From a virus (Duplodnaviria; Caudoviricetes): DNA of 64,000 nucleotides. The notes under the pieces are model-generated. The model was not told the DNA's origin. It did no database searches and saw nothing but the letters and a program-made list of their open reading frames with translations. Location of the stretch: positions 64,001 through 128,000 of IMG/VR virus record IMGVR_UViG_2816332589_000001. One strand, given 5' to 3'. The position numbers and the translations under genes were made by a program. Shown here piece after piece: positions 48,048 to 56,850 of this stretch (positions are counted from its first letter, which is position 1; each line of letters begins with the position of its first letter).

Positions 48048-48440
48048 TCACGCGGCGGCTACCAGCGCGCCGAGCAACAGCGCCGTGATGTGCGCGGTTT
48101 GGTCTACGAATGGCGCCCCGCCCTTCTTGAAGAAGTCGGTGCTGCCGGTGTTCTCCATCCACCACTGGATCGGCCATCGCCGATCGATAAATCCGTGCGA
48201 GAGGCCCACCCAGGCGAGCAGCGCGCCCGCCCCGGGCAGCGTCAGCGGCAGGCCGAGCAGGGCAGCCCCGGCGCCGAGCGCGAGCGCCGAGGCGACGACG
48301 TGCGTCCCTGCGTGGGAGAGCAGGGCCCGCCAGCCGGCCGCGTTCCGCTGCGCCTTCCGCTCGGCCTGTACATCAGTCTGGAGTGCGTAGTCGGACAGTA
48401 AATGCGCGCCGTACAGCAGGATGAAGAGGGTTGCGAACAA
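48048..48440 (-). CDS. DUF3307-family membrane protein
   Basis: HLLSDYALQT..H..H..HGFID..DQTAH. Confidence 0.8.
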   Translation of the reverse strand: MFATLFILLYGAHLLSDYALQTDVQAERKAQRNAAGWRALLSHAGTHVVASALALGAGAALLGLPLTLPGAGALLAWVGLSHGFIDRRWPIQWWMENTGSTDFFKKGGAPFVDQTAHITALLLGALVAAA

Positions 48441-48646
48441 CGGTTGACCTCCTGGTCGGGTTGGACATGCGAGGGCCCGCGCGCCGGTCTCTTGGCCCTG
48501 GGCGCGCGGGCCCGTACTGGTGGGTGGTCGCAAAGACTGCGCTCGATGGCGTTGCTTCGCGAAGTTGAGGCTGGTGGGGCTGGTGGGGCGTTCCAGAGGT
48601 GCCCTGGTGGCTGGATAGTCTGGGGTGCTTACTCGAAAGGACCGTG

Positions 48647-48859
48647 ATGTCGAAGTCCACTACCGTCACCTGCACCCGATGCGCCGCTTCCGCCCCGGTG
48701 CCGGAGGATGGGGACTACCGGCCGCTGTGGGATGCCGGGTGGCGCTGGATCGGGCCGAATCTCATGTCGTGCCCCCCTTGCCCGCCTGTGCTGGTGGTGG
48801 ACGAGCAGGGACGGCACCGCCGAGGGCCCGGCGCACCGCCCTTGCGCGCTGTCGCGTAG
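48647..48859 (+). CDS. small Zn-finger-like protein
   Basis: CTRC..CPPC; GAAAGGA RBS. Confidence 0.55.
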   Translation: MSKSTTVTCTRCAASAPVPEDGDYRPLWDAGWRWIGPNLMSCPPCPPVLVVDEQGRHRRGPGAPPLRAVA

Positions 48860-48888
48860 ACCTGAGCTGAGTGCCGTACGGGGTTGTT

Positions 48889-49377
48889 TCACCGCGCGGC
48901 TTCCCACAGGGTTCGGGCGACCTGATCGACGCCCCGGGATGGTCGGGGGCGGCTGGGGCAGTCCCAGCCCCGCCGCGGCGGTCGCTGTGCGAGGACCCGC
49001 CACCCGGCTCCGCGCAGGCTCGCGCCGCTTTCCCCGGCCTGCGTGTACGTGATCAGCCGCGTGTAGCCCAACGCCTTCGCCGCCCGCCACGCTGCGCCGT
49101 ACAGCAAGCTGTTCGCGTTGGCCGTGCCGTCGCTCGCGGTCCTGGTGACCTCCAGCGTCAGGCCGTCGTCGTACAGCCGGGCCACCGGTCGGCCCACCAT
49201 CGCGACTGCGTGTAGCACTCCGTCGTCGTCGGCCGCGCCCACGCTGAACACGGCTCCGGCAGGTGGCCGGTGATGTCGGTGCCAGGCAGCGACGAACGTT
49301 TTCGCGTCCTTCTGCCGGACCGGCACGAGGTGCAGTCTCGGGCGTTCCGGCGCGGCGTCCGGGTGCGGTCGGGGCAC
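48889..49377 (-). CDS. XF1762-family, Mom-like GNAT protein
   Basis: FVAAWHRHH, GRPVAR, LEVTR, LITYTQAGESGASLRGAGW. Confidence 0.75.
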   Translation of the reverse strand: MPRPHPDAAPERPRLHLVPVRQKDAKTFVAAWHRHHRPPAGAVFSVGAADDDGVLHAVAMVGRPVARLYDDGLTLEVTRTASDGTANANSLLYGAAWRAAKALGYTRLITYTQAGESGASLRGAGWRVLAQRPPRRGWDCPSRPRPSRGVDQVARTLWEAAR

Positions 49378-49519
49378 GGAAAGGTCCTCCGCGGTGCGGG
49401 GGCGCCCGCTGCGCCCCGGAGGCCGCGCACCATGCGGCCCGCCGTGCCGTACCGTCCCGGGCACCGGGCCGCCGGGCAGCGGGCGACACTAAGCGGCCGG
49501 GCGCTCTACGTTCCGCGCC

Positions 49520-50260
49520 ATGACGAACAGCAGCTCGCGCGGCCGTGGCCGTCCGACCCTCCTGACCCCGCAGCTCATCGCCCGCCTCGCGAAGGCGGTC
49601 CAGAGCGGCAAGACCCGGGCGGAGGCCGCCGACGAGGTCGGCGTTTCCCTCTCCGCGCTTCAGAAGTGGATCACGGTTGGCCGCCGGGCCCGCTCCGCCG
49701 GCGTCATGCCGGTCACCAAGCGGAACGGCGAACAGCTCGCGCTGCGCCTGGTCCACGCTCTGGAGGTGGCCGAGCGTAAGAACCGGGCGATCACCGCGAT
49801 CCTGTCCCCCGCCGAGCTGCGCCCCACGCTGCCCAGCACCTACAAGCCGATCGGCCGTCCGGCACTGCTCACCGAGACGGTGCTCGACGCGGTCGCGCCG
49901 CTCGTCGCGGCCGGGAAGATCGGGGAGGCGGGCCGGGCGGCCGGAGTGGACCGGCGCAGCGTGCAGCGGTGGCTCGTGCGCGGCGCGGAGGTCCATGCGA
50001 CGGGTTCCGCGCGCACCGAGTACGAGCGGCTGTGCGGCCTGTTGTACGCGCGAGCCCACGCGCCCGTCGAAGGGCAGGGTTCGGCGTCCGCTGAGGAGAC
50101 GCCCACCGCGCCGGCGCCCGAGGAGTCTGAAAGGCCAGCTGCGCCCGACGGCCCGGCTCGGGCCGTTCCCGACATCGTCGTCAGCACCAAACCGCGGCGC
50201 CGCCTCCTCGGCGGCTTGATCTCGTCCCGGTTCGGCCTCCGCCGGACGGACCGCGTGTGA
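49520..50260 (+). CDS. tandem HTH protein paralogous to the TerS N-terminus
   Basis: GRPTLLTP..GVSLSALQKW and GRPALLTE..GVDRRSVQRW. Confidence 0.75.
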   Translation: MTNSSSRGRGRPTLLTPQLIARLAKAVQSGKTRAEAADEVGVSLSALQKWITVGRRARSAGVMPVTKRNGEQLALRLVHALEVAERKNRAITAILSPAELRPTLPSTYKPIGRPALLTETVLDAVAPLVAAGKIGEAGRAAGVDRRSVQRWLVRGAEVHATGSARTEYERLCGLLYARAHAPVEGQGSASAEETPTAPAPEESERPAAPDGPARAVPDIVVSTKPRRRLLGGLISSRFGLRRTDRV

Positions 50261-50279
50261 CCTGCGAAAACAATCCAGG

Positions 50280-50399
50280 TGCGCTGGAGCGCATCAGGGT
50301 TTCCTAGTGCGGTGGAGCGCACCTGGTGAAAACCTCGTGCGCTCCACCGCATCAGGTCACGTGCGCTCCACCGCATCTGGCCTGATGCGCTGGAGCGCA
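50280..50399. repeat. array of five 14-bp palindromic boxes TGCG(C/G)TGGAGCGCA in mixed orientation
   Basis: Copies at 50280, 50308, 50338, 50362, 50386. Confidence 0.9.
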
Positions 50400-50629
50400 C
50401 GTAAACAAGAAGAACCCAACACAACCGAAGGAAGAAGACGAACAAGGCCCGTGGCCAGGCAAGTGCACTGCCGCGGGCCGCGTCGTGGACACCGGAAAGT
50501 TCTCGGCCGACAAGCGGCCTCATCCCGGGACGCAAACTCTGCTCGCCGGCACCTTCCAGCTCGACCCCGCTCCAGGCCGGACCGCCGAACCCCTCGGCGC
50601 GCCCGGCACGAACGAACGGAACAGAGCAC

Positions 50630-51145
50630 ATGAAGCCCACCGTGATGAAGGCCCTCGAAGAGTGGAAGGAAGCCTCCGACCACCTCCAGGACCGCGCAGT
50701 CAACGCGCTGCGCCTGGCCCTGCCGGGCCTCGACTACAGCAAGACCCCGCCCTACTGCTGCCCGGCGACCCTCGACATCGCCCAGGCCGACGGTCTCGGT
50801 GACGGCCGGATCTGCATCGATGACGACCGCCGCGCCACGATCGAGCTGGACCACGTCCCCAACGCGGTCATCGCCGAAGCCGTCGATGAGGTCTTCGGGA
50901 TCGGCTGGTTCGACAACGCCGACGAAGCGCTGGAGGACTGCGGGCCCGGCTCGTACTTCTACGACGACGAGACCAGCGGCTCCGAGTACGAGGTCCGCCT
51001 CAGCGAGAACCCGGACGACGGCCACGTGGCCGTCTCCTACGTCCCGATCCCGTACGCCGTCGAACTCCTCGACGCGCTCACCGCCGCCTACGACCGCCAA
51101 CGCCAGGAGGCCACCGACGGCGCCCGGGACGGTAGCGCTGCCTGA
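50630..51145 (+). CDS. acidic hypothetical protein
   Basis: 171-aa ORF with strong codon bias. Confidence 0.7.
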   Translation: MKPTVMKALEEWKEASDHLQDRAVNALRLALPGLDYSKTPPYCCPATLDIAQADGLGDGRICIDDDRRATIELDHVPNAVIAEAVDEVFGIGWFDNADEALEDCGPGSYFYDDETSGSEYEVRLSENPDDGHVAVSYVPIPYAVELLDALTAAYDRQRQEATDGARDGSAA

Positions 51146-51230
51146 CGTGCATGTTCCCGTCCTCGCTCTCGCCGCTCTCCCCGCGGCCAACCCCGGCCCA
51201 GCGCGCGGGAGCAGGACGGAGAACACCGCC

Positions 51231-51593
51231 GTGGCCACTCGACGCCGTACGGGCCCGACGGACGTCGTCCGCCAGCTCGTGCATCTGCGCGACGGCGGGC
51301 GCTGCGTACGCTGCGACAGCCCCCGCTCCCTGACGATCCACCACCGCGTCAACCGCGGCATGGGCGGCGCCCGCGAGGAGTGGATCAACCAGCCGCAGAA
51401 CCTGCTCCTGGTGTGCACCATCTGCAACATGTGGTTCGAGGATCATCCGCGGGAGTCGTACAGCGAGGGCTGGAAGGTGCGCCGCCCGATGCTCCCCGGC
51501 GAGATGACCGTCCGCTACCCGAACGGCGCCCACTACGCCCTGCACCCCGACGGCACCCGCAGTCGCGTCACCCCCGCCGGAGGCTCCCGATGA
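51231..51593 (+). CDS. HNH endonuclease
   Basis: RDGGRCVRC..IHHRVNRGMGG..NLLLVCTICN. Confidence 0.88.
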   Translation: MATRRRTGPTDVVRQLVHLRDGGRCVRCDSPRSLTIHHRVNRGMGGAREEWINQPQNLLLVCTICNMWFEDHPRESYSEGWKVRRPMLPGEMTVRYPNGAHYALHPDGTRSRVTPAGGSR

Positions 51594-52015
51594 AGGCCCG
51601 CGCCACCCCGCTCACCTACCGCTGGCACCTCCTGATGTGGCGCGGCGGCTCCCGCCTCGCCGTCGGCCCGGTACGGAGCTATGAGACAGGCCAGCCCCGC
51701 ACCATCGGCGCCACCCTCAGCGTCGCCCGCCTCACCATCGGCATCATGAGCGCCGTCGGTCACACACTGACGTGCACCGGGCATTGGTACCGCGACTTCG
51801 GCCGGCGGTTGGGCTGCTTTTCCGTCGGCGGGTGGCGCGTCACTGGCCGGGCCGTGCCCGTCAGCGCCGGGTGGATGGTCCGCGGCGCGGCGGGTGAGGA
51901 GAAGCGCAACGGCTTCAGCGTGACCCTCGCCTCCCGCACGCTGTACGTGCTGCGGCTGTGCACGCGCGCCGAGCAGCGCGCGCGTTACTCCTGCCAGCCG
52001 ATCCGGAAGCGTTAG
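51590..52015 (+). CDS. hypothetical protein
   Basis: ATGA overlap with HNH gene; GGAGG RBS. Confidence 0.55.
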   Translation: MKARATPLTYRWHLLMWRGGSRLAVGPVRSYETGQPRTIGATLSVARLTIGIMSAVGHTLTCTGHWYRDFGRRLGCFSVGGWRVTGRAVPVSAGWMVRGAAGEEKRNGFSVTLASRTLYVLRLCTRAEQRARYSCQPIRKR

Positions 52016-52064
52016 GTGCGTGTCGGCCAGGTCGCCATGATCGCTTGGTGTGATCGTGGTGGGC

Positions 52065-52238
52065 ATGAGCGATGGTCACATCTGCGATGACCGGTGCCGC
52101 CCGGCCACCTGCCAAGAGCTGGCTGCCCTCCTCGGCGGCCGACACCCGGGCGACTGGATGTGCTCCGACGGCACAGCCGACGCGACCTACGAGTACTGGC
52201 TCGATGACGAACTCGGCGGGGACGACGCCCCCGCCTGA
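52065..52238 (+). CDS. small hypothetical protein
   Basis: 57-aa Cys-containing ORF. Confidence 0.45.
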   Translation: MSDGHICDDRCRPATCQELAALLGGRHPGDWMCSDGTADATYEYWLDDELGGDDAPA

Positions 52239-52298
52239 AGCCGACCCTCTCAGGCGGCGACCGGAACGCGCGCGCTCGGTCGCCCAGCCTCTCCGAAG

Positions 52299-52315
52299 CG
52301 GACGTGGTGTACATT
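52299..52315 (+). promoter_or_regulatory. shared promoter motif without the hairpin
   Basis: CGGACGTGGTGTACATT, as in leader copies B, D, E and H. Confidence 0.65.
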
Positions 52316-52393
52316 TTCAGGAGAAGGACGAACGGCTAGGGGCGGCCCCTGCCACCAGCGCCCCGCGGCGCGCACCCGGAAACGGGAAACACC

Positions 52394-53431
52394 ATGACCA
52401 CCGACTACGAGCAGCTTCGCCAGAAGGCCCAGGACGAGGTCAACGAAGAACTCGCCAGCGTGAAGGACCCCTTCGAGCGGCGCGCCGCCGCCGAGGAGAT
52501 CCGCGACCAGGCGCACATGGAACTGTCCGCGCTGAAGGAAGAGCGCAAGGAACTCATCGCCTCCGCGGCCCTGTACGAGTACACCCCGCAGCTCCACGAG
52601 CGGTTCGGCATCAAGCGCCTCCAGATGAAGCGCCTGGCCATGGACGTACTCCGAGGTCTCAAAGGCCGCGAGAACTGGATCAGCCCTCCGTCGTGGCCCG
52701 CGGACCGGGCCAAGGCCGCTCGCCGCGCCGGTATCCCCCACCCCGACAATGTCGTGGAGCAGGCCGAGAAGATCGCAGCCCGGTACGAGTACGCCGAAGC
52801 GCGCCGCGATGCTGCGGTCACGCACCTGGAAGCTGCGCACGAAGCTGTGCGGCTCGCCGGCGGCCGGGTCAAAGTCCCCGCTCTGGAGCGCCGCAACTTC
52901 GATGCTGTCCGCAAGAGAGCCCGCAACAAGGTGATGCGGCAGTTCGCCAAGCTCATCGTCGGGCCGGAGGAACTGTTGCGGGCCGCGGCCGAGGCCGTTG
53001 ACCGGGCGGAAGAGGATGCCGCCGACCTGCTGGTCGAGCGCGACGCTGCGATGAACAGCCTCAGCTTCTACACCACCGCACGGGGCGTGTACTACTCCGC
53101 GGGCATTTCTCGGCAGGGTCTGGTCCGCGCCCAGCAGCGGGCCTTGAAGCTGAAGCGCGATGAGAAGGTGCCGCCGCGAGCCGAGCAGCCGGCCGCGGCC
53201 CGCCGCGCCGGGGTGAAGTTCATCGAGGACGCGGACAAGAAGCTGCCGAAGCTTGCCAGCGCGTATGAGGCGGCCGTGGCCCGGCACGCGGCCGCCATCG
53301 AGATCCGCGACGAGGCGGTACGGGCGCTGCACGCCGCCCCCCACGCCTGGTCCCGTTCTCAGCTCGCCGAGGCCATCGGCCGCGATCACAAGATCGTGGC
53401 CCGCATCGTGAACCCCGACAGAACCTCATGA
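52394..53431 (+). CDS. helical protein with internal duplication and C-terminal HTH
   Basis: Two similar halves (AARRAGIPH / AARRAGVKF); WSRSQLAEAIG. Confidence 0.75.
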   Translation: MTTDYEQLRQKAQDEVNEELASVKDPFERRAAAEEIRDQAHMELSALKEERKELIASAALYEYTPQLHERFGIKRLQMKRLAMDVLRGLKGRENWISPPSWPADRAKAARRAGIPHPDNVVEQAEKIAARYEYAEARRDAAVTHLEAAHEAVRLAGGRVKVPALERRNFDAVRKRARNKVMRQFAKLIVGPEELLRAAAEAVDRAEEDAADLLVERDAAMNSLSFYTTARGVYYSAGISRQGLVRAQQRALKLKRDEKVPPRAEQPAAARRAGVKFIEDADKKLPKLASAYEAAVARHAAAIEIRDEAVRALHAAPHAWSRSQLAEAIGRDHKIVARIVNPDRTS

Positions 53432-53449
53432 AGATTTTTCCGGAGAGCC

Positions 53450-53483
53450 TGTAACGCCTGGCGGACTCACTCCGTCTATGGCG
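53450..53483 (+). promoter_or_regulatory. ECF-type promoter TGTAAC-N17-CGTC upstream of terminase
   Basis: Near copy of 6918-6951. Confidence 0.6.
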
Positions 53484-53524
53484 GTGAAGTCAATCTCCAA
53501 GTTGATCGGTTGGTCACCCCACAC

Positions 53525-53557
53525 GGGGCGGCTCCCACTCCCCTCGGGAGCCGCCCC
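53525..53557. terminator. 12-bp GC hairpin (terminator/attenuator-like)
   Basis: GGGGCGGCTCCC-9nt-GGGAGCCGCCCC. Confidence 0.5.
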
Positions 53558-53694
53558 ACCATCCACTTCGGCCCCCGCCCCTGATCACGCGCCGCTCCCA
53601 CCTCCCCCAGGGTGGCCGCAGCGGAGGCACGAGACCGGGCGGGGGCCGCTGACTGCCCGGGACGCAAGCAGGCGCCACGCCGCACGGTGCGCCC

Positions 53695-55461
53695 ATGGCC
53701 GCCCCGAAGACTCCCACCCCCGCCGTGGCCGCTGCACAGGCCGCCGTCGAGAACCGCTCCGGCATCCGCTCCCGCATCGCCTCCAGCGAAGCTGACCTCC
53801 TGCTGCGCGCCCCGGTCGCGGCCCGCCGTGCCGCGATCAAGACCCTCGACACCGCGGACCTCGCGCACGTCCTGGCCGAGGTCGAGCGGGAGACCGGCAC
53901 CCTCTACGGCCTGTGGGCCGACACCCCCAGCGGGTTCATCGAGGACTGCTTGGGTGAATCGATCTGGAGCAAGCAGCGGGACATCGTGGACGCCGTCCCG
54001 AAGTACAAGCGCACGATGGTCCCCGCCGGATTCGGTGTCGGAAAAACGTTCATCGCCGGGCGCTTGGTGGCGTGGGCCGGAGCGACGAACCCGGTCGGCA
54101 CGATGCTCGTCGTCACCACGGCGACGCGGTTCCGGCAGGTACGGAACCAGCTGTGGCCGCACATCCGCAAGGTCGTCTCCCGGGCGGGCCTGCCCGGCTT
54201 CTGCGACGAAGTGCAGTGGAAGATCCCCGACCAGTGGGGCAACGACGTGCGCGTTGCGTACGGCTTCACCGCCCAGGCGCACGACGAGGCGTCGATGCAG
54301 GGCATCCACGGCAACCCGAAGCTTTTGATCGTGGTGGACGAGGCCGGCGGTATCGCCCGCTCGATCGGCAACGGCACCAACAATCTCCTCACCGGCGAAG
54401 CGGCGCTCCTGGCCATCGGGAACCCGGCGATGGACGACCCCCGGTCGTGGTTCGAGGTGATGTGCGAGGAGGGCGACGACCCGGAGGAGCCCGGCACCGT
54501 CACCATCCCCATCGCGACGTACGACAGCCCCGCCATCACGGGCGAGAAGGTGCCGTACTGCCTGGACTGCCCGCGCTCCGTCGAACCGCACTCCCTCGCT
54601 GTCCACCTTCCTGACCAGGACTGGATCGACCGCACGATCCGCGAGTACGGCGAGGACCACCCGTACGTCATCGCCAAGGTCCACGCGAAGTTCCCCAAGG
54701 GCGGCGGCGGCAAGGTCATCCCGGTCACCTGGGTCGAGGACGCCAAGAGGAACGAGGACCCGACCGGGCCCGGCTGGGTGCGGCTGTGCGACCTCGGCCT
54801 GCCCGGCGAGACCGCCAAGCACACCGTCAAGCGCGGCTCCTGGGTACGCCTCGGCGTGGACGTGGCCGCGGACGGAGGCGATGAGTTCACGATCTACCGG
54901 ATCGTCGGAGACGCGATCGAGCACCGTCACCACTCGTCCGGCTCCGCCAACGACAACCAGGTGAAAGTCGCCAAGCGGATCTTGGAGGAGGTGCACGCCG
55001 CGGAACGGCTGGCGCAGGCCCTCGGCTCCACCGCGAAGGTGCACGTCAAGATCGACAAGAACGGGCTCGGGCACGGCGCCGTGGGCATGCTCGAAGTCTG
55101 GGGGGAGAACGGACAGCACGACTCGGAGATCATCGGCGTGATGGTCTCCGAGTCCCCCGACCGCGACGACCCCGGCGCCACCATGCGGCCCTACCGGAAA
55201 CGCGACGAGATGTGGCTCGCCACCAGGGCCCTGCTCCAGCCCGATCCGGCCACCGGTACCGGCCGGCTGCGGCTGCGCGTGGACCGCGAGGCCGCCATCC
55301 AGCTCACCACCCCAAACCTCGGCAACAACGCCGGCGGCTACGCCGTGGTCGAGTCGAAGAAGCAGATGAAGGCCCGCGGCATGAAGTCGCCGGACCGGGC
55401 CGAAGGCATCCTCCTGGCCGTCTACGAGCCGCACGTCCGCCGCCGCGGACTCATAGCCTGA
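53695..55461 (+). CDS. terminase large subunit
   Basis: Walker A GFGVGKT, Walker B IVVDEAG, IGNP, nuclease LGVDVA..GGD, KIDKNG, KSPDRAEG. Confidence 0.9.
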   Translation: MAAPKTPTPAVAAAQAAVENRSGIRSRIASSEADLLLRAPVAARRAAIKTLDTADLAHVLAEVERETGTLYGLWADTPSGFIEDCLGESIWSKQRDIVDAVPKYKRTMVPAGFGVGKTFIAGRLVAWAGATNPVGTMLVVTTATRFRQVRNQLWPHIRKVVSRAGLPGFCDEVQWKIPDQWGNDVRVAYGFTAQAHDEASMQGIHGNPKLLIVVDEAGGIARSIGNGTNNLLTGEAALLAIGNPAMDDPRSWFEVMCEEGDDPEEPGTVTIPIATYDSPAITGEKVPYCLDCPRSVEPHSLAVHLPDQDWIDRTIREYGEDHPYVIAKVHAKFPKGGGGKVIPVTWVEDAKRNEDPTGPGWVRLCDLGLPGETAKHTVKRGSWVRLGVDVAADGGDEFTIYRIVGDAIEHRHHSSGSANDNQVKVAKRILEEVHAAERLAQALGSTAKVHVKIDKNGLGHGAVGMLEVWGENGQHDSEIIGVMVSESPDRDDPGATMRPYRKRDEMWLATRALLQPDPATGTGRLRLRVDREAAIQLTTPNLGNNAGGYAVVESKKQMKARGMKSPDRAEGILLAVYEPHVRRRGLIA

Positions 55462-55498
55462 CCGGCCCGCTGGCAGCTCCCGACGTAGATTCGCAATC

Positions 55499-55702
55499 AT
55501 GAACGATGCGCCCAGACGCCTGCCCCCGGACATGGACCGGGCATCGGCGGCGATGATCTTGGGCTGCCAGCCGCGGCAGGTCGGTTTCTGTGTGCGCTGC
55601 CGCGGCCTCACAGTGCGCTACGGCGCCCACGCCAAGCTCATCTGCCCGTGGTGCCACTGGAAAGAAACCGCAACCCAGAAGAACGGCGCGAAACAGGACT
55701 AA
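55499..55702 (+). CDS. small Zn-ribbon protein
   Basis: CVRC..CPWC. Confidence 0.55.
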   Translation: MNDAPRRLPPDMDRASAAMILGCQPRQVGFCVRCRGLTVRYGAHAKLICPWCHWKETATQKNGAKQD

Positions 55703-55760
55703 ACCCCGCAAGGCGGGGAACAGTACAGCCCGCTGGCTCGGCACACGTCATCATGGGGGC

Positions 55761-56816
55761 ATGTCCACCGCCCCGCAGCAGCTCGCCGCGCCGTCCCTGA
55801 TGGCCCTCAGCCGCGCCGTGGATGCCCTGTGCCAGCTTCCCCCCGAGCAAATGGGCGCCTCCCGCAAGAAGCACCTACGAGCCCTCGAAGGCGCCTTCTA
55901 CCGGGCCATGGAGAAGCACGGCCTCACCCCGGACGCCTACGACGACCTGGCAACCCTGCTCGGGCCCGAATCGGTGAACGAATTCCTGCGCCTGGCCCGC
56001 AGCGGCAAAGTCCGTGGCGACCGCAAGACCGCCGAGGAATCCGACGCACAGCTCCGCGCCCGCATCCGGGCCATGGAAATAATCGCCCAGCACGCCGGCG
56101 TCCCGTTCAAACGCCCTGAGATGCCGCCCGCCCCAGAGCTGGCCCCGGTCGTCCCGCCCACCTCCCGCGCGCTGCTCCTGGAGCACTTCCAGGGACAGGT
56201 CAACCGGTCGATCAGCGAACCATTCCGGGTCAGGTTCCTCGCCATGTACGGCATAGTTCTCGACACCGGCGCCAGCTCAGGCACGCTCGCCAAACAGCAC
56301 GTCGCCCACCTCGCACGAGACCTGTCCACCGTCCGCATCCAGCGGCCCCGGCAAGGACGGATGGCCGAACCGCCACCCATGGAGGAATGGGAGCTGTCCT
56401 CCGCAACCCGTGACGCCCTCAACGCCTACCTTCCGCTGCGGGAACAGCTCACCAAGCGGCACCAGCAGGACCGGCAGCACGAGCAGAACGCCGTCAAGCA
56501 CCTGTGGGTGTCCCTGGAGCACAACACCCGGCGCCTCCCCGACGGCACGAGCGTCGTGGAGCCGCCCGGCATGCGGCTTCGGCCCCGCGGCGTCCAGCGC
56601 GTCTTCTTCCGCGCGGCCGAAGCCCTGAACGACGAGATGGAGCAGCTCCTGAAGGAGCGCAACGCGCCCCAGGCCGGTACCGAAGTACCGGAGTGGTCGC
56701 CGATGCCGACCCGCCTCGAACCCCTCCGTCGCGCCGTAGACGACGAACTGCGCCAGCGCGAGGACGAGCAAGGCGGCGTGCCGCAGGTCATCGTCGTGCG
56801 CGGCCGGAGCGCCTGA
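55761..56816 (+). CDS. tyrosine-recombinase-fold protein with degenerate active site
   Basis: RFLAMYGIVLDTGASSGTL (box I), LSSATRDALNAYL, HLWVS, PTRLEPLRR (box II). Confidence 0.6.
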   Translation: MSTAPQQLAAPSLMALSRAVDALCQLPPEQMGASRKKHLRALEGAFYRAMEKHGLTPDAYDDLATLLGPESVNEFLRLARSGKVRGDRKTAEESDAQLRARIRAMEIIAQHAGVPFKRPEMPPAPELAPVVPPTSRALLLEHFQGQVNRSISEPFRVRFLAMYGIVLDTGASSGTLAKQHVAHLARDLSTVRIQRPRQGRMAEPPPMEEWELSSATRDALNAYLPLREQLTKRHQQDRQHEQNAVKHLWVSLEHNTRRLPDGTSVVEPPGMRLRPRGVQRVFFRAAEALNDEMEQLLKERNAPQAGTEVPEWSPMPTRLEPLRRAVDDELRQREDEQGGVPQVIVVRGRSA

Positions 56817-56850
56817 TCCGGTCCGAGCTGCGGGTTGGCACACTGGACCC

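Noticed and set aside
50280-50399. CRISPR array
   Set aside because: 14-bp units with 10-16 bp gaps and mixed orientation do not fit repeat-spacer geometry
50603-50622. Possible ninth leader copy (CCGGCACGAACGAACGG)
   Set aside because: Loop variant without a convincing stem, ACGCTCC box or promoter motif
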